A DNA stretch of 64,000 nt from Lama guanicoe (Eukaryota): NCBI GenBank assembly GCA_013239625.1, contig MU054187.1, forward strand, positions 5,901,757 to 5,965,756, in the 5' to 3' direction. Below the pieces are notes generated by a model that made no database searches, was not told the origin of the DNA, and saw only the letters and a program-made list of their open reading frames with translations. The translations under genes were made by a program, and so were the position numbers. Positions 52,918-64,000 of this stretch are shown piece after piece. Positions within the stretch are counted from its first letter, which is position 1, and each line of letters starts with the position of its first letter.

Positions 52918-55900
52918 CCTTAAGGCGATTAGGACTTAATGCTTCAAGAACCCCCTTTGAGGAACATCAAAAAGATCTCCTGTTATGACGAAGAACACAC
53001 CACTAAACTAGTCAATGAAATATAAAATATGTGGAATTTTATAGTCATCACCAGTAATAGCCATTGAAGGAAGGGACCTTGAAGAATATTCAGTCTCACA
53101 GGCTGGGTTCCCAGGAAGACCACTAAGTTTCTGAAAGCTGTCGTGAGACCTGGGTTTCCTGATACTTCCTCTGTGTCACAGAGTCATCCCTGAAACGGAA
53201 AACCCTCATCTCTACCTTGCTGTGTCCCAGGGTTATACATTGGACTTTATGTTATTATGCTTTCTTATTTCTTCTTTTTCAGTGAAGATTTATGCTTTTA
53301 CGATTTGTTAGTGTTTTCCCCCCAAGCCTGTAACAGTTCATAACTTCTGGATTTATATTCTCTTGGGCAATGTGATTTCAGAACTACACAGAAAAGAGAG
53401 AAATAAAATATGCATAGTCCCTTCTTTCCTAGAGATGTAAAACGAATGCTGTCCAGCCAAAAAGAAGTATTTTCTACTTCTATATTAAAAGTTTCTCTTC
53501 TTTTTCAAAAGTGATTGTTCTACATAAACCAGGTTGCTTTTTTAGCTAATAAACTTGTCCAGCACACAGCCTTCAGTGTAGTGTGACCCAAACTGCTTGC
53601 TCTTCTTTAATGAATAGTTTTCATACTTTGTGCTTTGCATAAATACTTGCTTTCCCTAAAGTACTTTTTCACCCTTTTCCATTTAACATCATCTCAGAGG
53701 GCAGCTCTCGAGGAGCCTTCCTGACCCCTCAGGGGGATAGCTGATTCTCCCCATAATATTTTATGCATATTTCTTTTATAGCTCTTACCCATTGTTATCA
53801 CAGTTTTTTTGTTCACGTTTACCCTCAGAATAAGCATCATGAGGGAAATGACCATCTGTGTCTTAAGCTTTGTACCTTGTTTATATCCTTGTTTAGTGGC
53901 TGATACATTGATTAGTAAATTTTATTGAATGAATGAGTAAAGCATCTCATACTGTCTAAGCAGCTTGTAGGATGAAGATGTGGATGTGTTCAAGAGATAC
54001 CATCTCCTGAAGTACATGATTTCAAAAGGAAAGATTAATATAGTAACAAAAAGTATGTGATGTTTTATGCACAGACCACCTAACTGTAGTTTATTTTGTT
54101 TATTCAATTTTTTTCTATCCTCAATGTGTTCTCTTAAATAATCTCCCCCAGCCTAAATTTTTGAAACTTGAACAAATCGTTGATTCCCTAGTTGTTTGTG
54201 TCCTGGGTTTACTAGTCATGCCTGCCTTTGATGAGAACGTTTTAGTTTCCTTAGCTTATGAGTTAATTGTTTTACATTGAGTGATCTTTCAGAAGAAATC
54301 TATAGTAATTAGTTATGCTGGACAGTATGAAAGGGAAATAGAAAAAAGAAAAACCGCTTGTTCACACTTCCTCTAGAAAGGCAGAGGGTGGTTTTCTTTC
54401 CTCTGTATCTAACGGAGAGACTGGTGCCTTTGAAGACATCATGACCCCAAAAAAGAATCCCAGGGCTTCCATGTGGAGGGTGCTAGGAACCACTGGCCTC
54501 CAGATTTTAAGGACTGTGCAAAAACTTTTCACTTGTTACTTTTGAAAGTAGTTTCTTGAGTCTCTACCTTATAGTTTTTCCTCTTATCATCATTGGTTTT
54601 CTTCTTCTTAACTTTTATACTTAATTTCCAAAACTCTTTCATAGACATTACCTGACACACCTTAAGGTTGGTCCCACACTTAGTTTATATCTGGGTGGAA
54701 CACCGTTCTCCATGTGGTGTTAATGTATTGCAGTGTGCCTATACATTTGTATAGCAAGCTACATTTTTAGTAGCATGGGTCGTGGCTATTCCTGGCCCAG
54801 GATATCTACAGAACCCTTCTGGAGTCCTTCAGGGAAAAGTTTGCCAAATGTTACGGTTTTTTTATGAGCCTTAAGGAAATGAATTTTTGTTCCCAGTGAC
54901 TGAGTCTCAGTATCTTAGGGTGTTTGTCACCCATTATATATCCATTTCCATTTACAAGAAAAAGAAAAAGAAAAAAGGGGTTTCTTGCAAAATTTCCACC
55001 TCCACAAAATTTTACTTTCTTTCGAAAATAGTAAGAATAGCTGCCAGTAGGTACTCCCTGGAGGCCTTGCTGGAAGCAGTGGTAACAGTTACCAGTACGC
55101 CCCGTAAGGCACTTTCCCCCAGCCCTGTGTGACTTCTGTGAGACATCAGATGTTTGATTTTCTTGTTATCTGTCAGGGTAAGTCCTAGGACAGACTTAAC
55201 TTGTACCCAGTTCCATTCTCACCCATAAGACCCTCATCCCGCCTTTGCTTACCTTTTCTAGCTTGTCTTTTGCTTTTTGTTACTTTTTCGGTTGCCTTCC
55301 CACCATATCCAAGTAAATTTTATTCTCCCCAAAAGTTGTAGTATGGATGTTTTAAGTCCATGTATATGTTCAGCTTCCCTGAAAATGTTACTAGATTGAC
55401 AAATATTTCTCCCATCAAATAAGAGTTAGTGGAACTACATAAAAAATCATGGGAAAACTATATGCTAAAAGTACCTTTTCAGCAAATCACAGGCTGTTTT
55501 TTTTTTTTTTTTGGTCCTTTGTAAAATGTGTCAGTTTATATCCAACTTCTTACCCCCAAAATGAGAATTTTTTGTTGTCTCAATGGAGTGGTGAGTATGG
55601 ATGGCCAGAATTCAGGGAGGCTAGAGAAGGGGCCTGGAGTCCAGCCCCGGGAAGCAGGCCCACCTCTGCCACTCCTCTCGCCCCGTCCCCCAACCCCAGG
55701 TGCTGAGAGGCTTTTGGAGGTCCAGCTGTTTCACCATTGATCCTTCATCAGCATTTTCTTGAACAACCACAGGGACAGGAAACTATCTTAGACGTGCCGT
55801 TCCACATAATGTTTACCTCCCACCTGTGGTCTCCAGCTTCTCTTACATGGCAGTGTTAAAAGAATCTGAAGTCGGCAGTTACATCTTCTCAGTCTTTTTT

Positions 55901-56960
55901 TCAGACTACATTTGTTAAAGCATTCAGCATCTGCTCTTCTTCCTAGATACTTACAACCTTTATTTCTCTTACAGGAACTACCTTAGTTTTCATATGAGAC
56001 TCCCTTAAAGGACCTAAAATTAAATAGTCCAGGTTGACTTTTTCTCCATCTTTGCTATGTAGACACTGAGGCAGCCTAAAAATTACTTTGATTCTTACTA
56101 ATCTTACTGTTGTCCAAACCAGAAGTCTTGTTCATACGTATAGATTTCAGTCTTTTTCCTCAACCAAAGCAGTTCCTCGATCACAGACCTAGATTTTAAT
56201 CGTATAGTCAGTTTACAATGTCATGTCAATTAGATCTAGATTTTTAAGGTGAGTCTGCTTAAGAAAGTACCTGAGATTCCATGCTTGGGCGTGGACAACT
56301 TATTTGGCTACCTAGAAATCCTTTTTTTCTTTCTGGCTCTTGGCCAGGTCTGTGTAGCTGGAGTTGTTAGATAAATAACTAACAATGAAAGTAAAAGGTA
56401 TTACTGTAATACTGATTTTCAGAAATCTTAATTTTCTAACTTTACTGGCTCTTTGGAATCAATCAAGATAACATAAAATTTGAGTGCCTTCTATAAACAC
56501 ACTTCAGTATCCTGAGTTAGGCTATCCCTCAAGAACTAAAGAAGAAAAAAGATAAGCATTTGAGCAGTGTGTTCATTTTATCTAATCAATAGTATTAGAA
56601 CCAAAGATCACACGAAATTGCTTTTGGATTTGTGAGGACAAAGGGGTAAGTAGAGGCCGTGGTAGACAAGCTTCCCAGCTTCGTGAGAGGATTAGGGAGC
56701 TTGAACTGGTCCTCAAAGTGAATAGAAATTGGATAGGTAGAGGGAGGAGAAAATCGTTTTTTCAGGAGAAAGACAAACAGAGGCACAAAAGCAGGAATAT
56801 TCAGAATATTGGCAGAATACCAGTAGAAAGAAGTGGCTGTATGAATAAGACTTTTATTGAATAATAATGTAAAATTCTAGAGATGAGATGCCCAAGAGCC
56901 TTATGTTCAGGGTAGAGATTTTTGAGCAATACCTTGATGTGTGAAAAGTTGTATATTATG

Positions 56961-57100
56961 GGCGGAGGGACTATAGCTCAAGCGGTAGAGTGCATGCTTA
57001 GCAGGCACGAGGTCCTGGCTTCAATCCCCAGTACCTCCTCCAAGTATAAATAAATAAACCCAATTACCTCCCCCCATAAAGAAAACAGCGAAAAAAATCA
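56961..57100 (+). mobile_element. tRNA-Ala(AGC)-derived SINE (camelid-type)
   Basis: tRNA-like head (TAGCTCAAGCGGTAGAG...GCTTAGCA...TTCAATCCCCAGTACCTCC) and an AATAAA/A-rich tail. TSD ttgtatattatg (56949-60) / ttgtacattatg (57101-12). Confidence 0.9.
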
Positions 57101-58340
57101 TTGTACATTATGGAGGTAACAGGAGAGGAAGAGGAGTTAAGTTGCCAGACTGTTTACTACAAAAATCGTTACCAACAGAGACTCAGGCGCATGGAGAAGC
57201 CAGTTTGGGGGAATCTTTATCTGGCGTTTGGAGGTAAATTTTAAAGGTATGGGGCAAATAATCAGATTTATTTGATTAACAACCCTCAAGTGGAAAATGA
57301 AGGACTGTAAGACTTCTTTTTCACAGATGTTCTATGACTGTGATGTTAGTGGTAAGCATCACCAAAAGTGAGCGTACCTGTTAGCTCTCGAGGCTGACTT
57401 GCTCTGGTGTTTGTACACCTGGTATCTTGTTGGGTTTTTTTTCCCAGAAATCAAACAGCTATATTCTGAGTTAAGCTGATGGTCCACTCTGCCACCCCAG
57501 CCAGGTTTCCTAGTGCTGTTCACTTAGCCAGTTGTGGTTTCATTAAATGCGTTTTCCTTTACACCTTTAGCTGCTATTAGGAGTCCCTCACTACAGAGAA
57601 TTCTATATCGTGTTCAATTTCAAGCTTCTAAAATCTCTTTAAGCCACCATCTTTTACTGGAGAGAATCAAAAACTACATGTCCTACGTTGGCATTCTTTT
57701 TCACTTAAAACAGTATCGGTGAGTCACAGTCCGGACAGGTTTATATTAAAGTACTTTTAAGGAACTAGATTACTTTGCGTTAATATGATCAGGAAAATTG
57801 GTCATTGGGCTAGCTTTATGCAGTTAGTTGTTGTCTAACAGTCTGTTCATAGTTGGAGAAGCCAAAATAAAACACTTTTTGGGGAGAGATTTATTTCAAG
57901 GCATCCAGTGTCTTTAGCCAAGAGACTAGGCTAAAGGGTGAGGGGTCGTTCCTACAAGTCAGGTCTCAAGAATTTGGAAACTATTCTGATTACTGATCTT
58001 CATTTATTATAAAGTAATTAAAGATTTTAAGAAGCACAGCTACATTCATAGTCCTCGGTTGGAATGTGTCATTTTTATTGACTTGAGTTTTTATTTGATT
58101 TTGTAATGATGGACAAAATCCAGATTCAGTGGATTCAGTATAAAGTGATACATTACATACATTATTTCCATATTATAGAATGTTTTTTCTTTGTAAAACA
58201 ACTCAGGAGGAATGGGAATGGTATGTAAATGTGTGCTTCTCCTAAATTTTTTTTCCCTTTTACTATGTCTTGTCTGGACTATGAACACTGAAGTTTTAGA
58301 CCTTACAGTGATGTTCTTCTGTAAGATCTGTAGCAGTGCA

Positions 58341-58577
58341 CAGTTAACCCTTGAACAGCATGGGGGTTAGGGCTGCCAACTCTCCACGCAGTCAAAAATC
58401 TGGATATAATCTGTAGTTGGCCCTTCGAATCTGTGGTTCCTCCGTATCCACGGTTCTTTCACATCTATGGATTCAGCCAACTGCAGGTTATGTAGTACTT
58501 TATTATTTGCCATTAGAAAAAGTCCACATATAAGTGTACCCACACAGTTCAAACCCGTGATGTTCAGAGGTCTGCTG
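58341..58577. mobile_element. Tigger2-type MITE
   Basis: TIRs cagttaacccttgaaca / tgttcagaggtctgctg. Confidence 0.78.
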
Positions 58578-60320
58578 TGTTCATTTTAACTCATCTCACA
58601 GCAGGAGCCGCCAAGATTGTTTTAAGGAATTTTTGCCTTTGCTCATTATTTAGGTTTGGGAGACACAAGAGCTCTAAACCTGATTTTCATTTTGAACTAA
58701 TAAAATATTTATCTTTTTTGTATTATTTACCACGTAATTCTTTCTTGGTGTGTGTAATTCACAGTGATCTCTTAATATCTAGTCCTTGGTTTTCCCATAC
58801 TGAGCAGTTAAAGAAGAAATTCCCATAATGCTTGCATTTTGAACTTGGATTTGAAAAGCTTTTTTTTGAAAGATGTCTCAATGAATTATATAAAAGTAAT
58901 TAATTTCATGCTTCCAGCTAGTATCATTTAATGTTTTAAGCTCAAACTGTGTAAAATAAATTAGCTATTTTTAACAGCCCTTTTATGTGGTGGCTTTCTC
59001 AGTATCTGATTTATCATAAGACGTTACTCTAAGTGCCAGAATTGCTTTTGAGTTACCAGAAGAGGGTCTGATCTTTAGTTTCCACATAGCAGTTATTTTC
59101 ACTGAACCTTAGTTATGTCGGGACTTACTGATGTCCACTCATTTAGGTAGAATGGAGTAAAGACCATTCTGTGCATTTGACTGAGACATTAGAATTTATT
59201 CTTTCACTCAACAGGCTTTCTCCACATTCCTGCTGTGTGCCAGACTCAATGCTAGGCACTGGCAGTGGGGGGCATGGAAGGGAGGGAGTGCAGTGGGAGG
59301 GCCAGCAAAAGCAAGGGATTGCGGTGTCGAGTGTTAGAACAGGGCAGAACCTGAGCAGTCTGTGTGCGTTCTGAGGGCAGGGAGGGCTTAATATTTGCAC
59401 TGGAAGATCAGAACCTGGAATATGCAGACATGAATATTTTTCCAGGAATTAGTAGATTTGAACACAAAAATTGTGAAAACTGGCTTTATGTTTACTTAAT
59501 TTACATGCTTATTTTTTATCAAAGGTAGAAAAGAAGTAATTAAAAATGAAAAAGTATTTTTGAGAAGAATTGTCTCAGAAGCGATGAGCATATCCCACAC
59601 CAGCTTTTCTTAAAATACAGAACGTTAGTGCCATTCATAGAAGAAGTTAACTAATTTTGCATAATCTTTGAAGTCTGTTTTCACAAGTGGATATAAAGAT
59701 GACTTTTACGTCCTGTTGCCTTTGACAAGCATTATATATCAAATACAGAGAAAATTGATTATGTGTAGAGAAAAAAATTATATAAATTAAATTCAGAACC
59801 GCTTTCTGTTTTTCATAATAAAATGATTGCTCAAAGAATTCCATCTGATGACTGTTGAAAGCTCACTGCAGTTTATGATATAACTGATAAAATCTGCATC
59901 CTTGGCCTTCCAACAACCTTTACACCAGCAGATGGTGGGCGTAAAGATGTCATTCATCATTTATTTACAATGGACTTTATTTATTCTAGTGTCAACAGCT
60001 GCCCCAGGGAGTGGGTTATTGAATTCAAATGTGAGGCTCTGGGTTATTTGCTTCCTTTCAAATTTGTCTTCAGAGCTTAGTTGCTAGGAGTCCATTCTGT
60101 GCTCTAATAATGATTCATGTATTGTGAAGCCATTCAGTAAATTGGGTTGTCAGGGATTGCCAAAAAAGTCTTAGAGGTCTTGTTGTGGGGTGGGGGGATG
60201 TGCATCTGGTTGACTGGAGCAATAGTGGTGTTATGTGACTTTTTCTTAAGACTGGTGAAGTTCGGGTTTCCTTTTTCCCTTTATGCACTCATTCCCTACC
60301 TGCCCATATTCTGCATATAA

Positions 60321-60467
<147 letters not shown>

Positions 60468-60897
60468 TGAGAACTTGGAAACGTTTTGGTTCAGTAGTCA
60501 ATGCAGAGCATTTTTCTAAACATGGCTATCAGTAATAAAAGTATAACTTTGCCTTTATGCCCTGGCTGTTTACCCTAAAAACCTGTGTGCCTTAAGTTAA
60601 ATTTAAATTTTACTGTAGAAATCTGTAACCAAGTTATTCTCTTATATGAATAAGCACCCCAAGTTGATCGATTTGGTAATAATATTTATACACTGGAAGT
60701 TCCTAAAGTGACGTTATGTTTAATTTCTGAGCTGAACTATAATCAGAGTGAGCTCTAACTCCAGATACTGTGCTTGAAATCTGTTTCTCATTACATAATT
60801 TGATATGGCTAAAAATAGTTATCTTTAATCTTTTATTATCTATACTGTTTATCGTACACCACTGTGGGAAAATACTTTGAAAATAGTAATCAAATGA

Positions 60898-61005
<108 letters not shown>

Positions 61006-61699
61006 TAAAAAGACTCTTTTAAAGCTTTTTTGCATAATGATGAAAACTGGGTAGCTGTTTATGTGGTAATTGTTAAAGTGCTTATTTTGTTACATTTGTC
61101 CAAGTGTAAGTTATTGATTTCTTAAATTATAAAATTTTAAAAATACTAAGATGTTTATTTTGGTTTTTAAAATATAGATAATAAACTTTATTGGAAATTA
61201 TTATTATTTGAAATAGTTTGGGCTGAAAGCTGTACTTTAAAGAATATTCTTAAGGAGTTTTATCTGATTAGTAAAACCCACTGATCTGTTTGGGGGCCAG
61301 TCCACTGTTCAATATTACCCAAAATACTTGGCAGTAGAAAAAAGGATCGGTGCAGAAGAGCTCAGAAAAATACTTTTTTCCCTTTTTCATGACTTAATGT
61401 GCGTTGTATGAACCAATATAATGCATGGGTTAATTGAGTGTATTTCCTGAAACATTTCTAATATTGTTTAGTAGATATCACATTAGTGCTTTTAAACCTA
61501 CTGCTAAGGCTTTATTGTCCACAGGATGATAACTGTATTCCACCAGGGCTCAGTCTGCATTTTTATGGACAAGAATTATTTGCATTATTACCTACTTTTC
61601 ACAAGTTAATTTCCATCTCCACAATCTGAAAACTTGTAGAATGCAGTTAAAGTAGTGCTTAGAGGGAGATTATAGCACTGAACACTCTTATTAGGGAAA

Positions 61700-63970
61700 T
61701 GTTCCAAACGTTTCTAAGCTTTCACCTTAAGATTAAAACCAGAAAGGTAAGAGCAAATTAAACCCAAGGTAAGCAAAAATGGAGGTTAATAAAAAGAACC
61801 AGTAAAATTGAAAGCCAGTTCTTGAGAAGATCATTAAAAAAGAAGACACACATTACCAATTTTGGGAATAAAAGAGTGACATTACTGCACACCCTTCAGA
61901 TATTAAAGGGATAACAATAGAATATTGTAAAAATAAATAAATGGATTGGGGAGATATTGGTTAAAGGAGCACAAACTTGCAGTTAGAAGATAAGTGAGTT
62001 CTAGAGATGGCATTGTGGTTACAGCTAACAAGACTCTACTGTATTCTTCAAGTTACTAAGAAACTAAATCTTAAATGTTCTTGCCACAAAATGAAATATT
62101 AAATGATGTAATGGAAGTACTAGCTAATGCTACAGTGGTAATCATATTGTGTTATATAAGTGTTCAAAATCAACACATTATACCCCTTAAATTTACACAA
62201 TGTTATATGTCAGTTATGTTTCAATAAAAAATAATCCCTAAACAGTAAATAAATAAGTAAACCAATTCCTTCACAGCCATTTGATCTCACAGTTCTGTGG
62301 TTACCGTGGTCTTCCTTTACTTCCTATATTAGATGACTACTTTCTTATCTGTAGAGTCTTTTAAGTCCAAAAAACCTAAGTAAATGGAGATATATAGCAT
62401 ATTTATGGGTTGAAAAATATTTTTAAGATGTCAGTTCTTCCCGAATTGATCTAAAGATTCATTGTAATCCCAATCAAAATTTTTTAGACTTTTTTTAAGC
62501 AGGTAGAAATTGACAGGCTAATTTTAAATTTATATAAAAATGCAAAGGTCATAAAATAACCAAAATTGGAGGATTTACTGGTTTCAGTAATAGTGATTTC
62601 AAGATTTATTATAAACCTACTGTAATCAGTCTGATATTGGCATAGACAGACATCGATCAGTGAAACAAAGCAAGAAATTCAGAAGTAGATCCATGTGTGT
62701 ATAGTCAGTTAATTTTTTGACAAAGATACCAAGGTTCAGTGGTGGAAGGGGTAAACTTTTTGTCAGATGGTACTGGAACAATTGACTAGCAACATGCAAA
62801 ACAGTTAACCTTACCTCACACCTTATACAAAAATTAACTGGAAATGAATTACAGACTAAATGTAAGAACTAAAAGTAAAAAAAAAAAAATTCTAGAAGAA
62901 AGCATATAAAATCTTAGGGATTCTGGTTTTGTCAAACATTTCTTAAATAGGACAGAAAAAACTATAAAATAGGGGGAATATCAATAAATTACACTTCACA
63001 AATTTTAAAACTTTTGCTCTTCAAAAGACAGCTCCAAACATGAAAAGGAAAGCTACAGACTAGGAGAAAATATTTGCAAAACATATTCAGCAAAAGATTT
63101 GTGTCTAGAATACATGAAGAATCTTAAAAATTCATTAATAAAAACCCAACCCACTTTTAAAAAATGAGCAAAAGGTCTGAACCAGCATTTCATGAAAAAG
63201 ATACATGGATGGCAAGTAAGCAAATGAAAATATTTTACACCACTAATCATAGGGGAAATGCAGACTAAAACTTCATTGATATATTTATTTGTACCATTAC
63301 ACAGTCACTGAAATGGCTAAAATTAGAAGTTTAATTTACCAAGTATTGGCAGGGATATGGAAGAATGGAAACTAATACTGCTGGTGGGAATGTATAAATC
63401 CAACTATTTTGCGAAACAATTTGGTGGTTTCTTAAGAGAATAAACATACATTTGCCATACCACCTAACCGTTTCACTCCTAGGTGTTTACCCAAGATACA
63501 TGTGCTTTACACAAAAAATTACACACGAACATTCATAGTGGCTTTATTTGCAGCAGCCCAAACCTGGAAACAAGCCAGAATTCAATGAACAGGTGAATGG
63601 ATAAGTTGTGGCACAGGCATATAATGGGATACCACTCAGCAGTAAAGAGGAATGAGCTATTGATGTATGCCACAAAGTGGATGCATCTCAAAATAATTAT
63701 GCTGGGAGGAAAAGAAACAGACAAAAAAGAAGACATACTGTGTGATTCTATTTACATAAAATCCTAGAAAATGCAGGCTAATCTATAATGACAGAAAGCG
63801 GATACTAGTTGCATAGGGAACTGGGGGAGGAAAGGATGGATTACAGTGAGGTGTGAGGGAACTTTGGAGAGGCTGATGGCTTTACTGTTATACATATGTC
63901 AAAGTTGTCGAATTTTGTATTAAATGTGTAGTTTCTTTTATGTCAGTTATATTGCAAGAAAACTATAAAA
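61700..63970 (+). mobile_element. Old L1 ORF2/3'UTR remnant with a nested L1MA-type 3' end (~61945-62235)
   Basis: Degenerate L1 ORF2 motifs (gatgtcagttcttcccgaattgatcta, aaaattaactggaaatgaatt, tgctggtgggaatgta) with no intact ORF. Confidence 0.8.
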
Positions 63971-64000
63971 GCAGTATAACAAATACTACACTGCATAGAT

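Noticed and set aside
56961..57040. Functional tRNA-Ala(AGC) gene
   Set aside because: Mismatched stems, altered B-box, SINE tail, TSDs and related dispersed copies show it is a SINE.
61700..64000. Intact L1 ORF2 or RAB2A exon 6
   Set aside because: The L1 is fragmented with many stops, and the expected SDLESRREVKKEEGEAF exon was not found in the window.

Overview
Mammalian genomic DNA, most likely camelid, judged from the tRNA-Ala-derived SINEs and young L1 3' ends. The window holds about 25.5 kb of repeat-rich upstream DNA, a CpG-island promoter (~25.55-26.72 kb) and the first five coding exons of RAB2A on the + strand: 26227-26272, 43274-43345, 51765-51832, 60384-60466 and 60912-61004. 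Together they give 362 nt (120 codons + 2 nt), all flanked by GT-AG introns; the remaining exons lie beyond the window. The rest is mostly interspersed repeats: MIR, L2, old and young L1, MaLR/ERVL/ERV1 LTRs, and hAT and Tigger DNA transposons. Repeat family names come from recalled consensus similarity and their boundaries are approximate unless TSDs/TIRs are quoted. I found no convincing novel biological system. The best second-look items are a 59-bp L1 micro-insertion with a perfect 15-bp TSD, a duplicated GC-box module in the promoter, a palindromic Kozak that opens a 236-codon antisense ORF, and the frame-symmetric, skippable P-loop exon 2.
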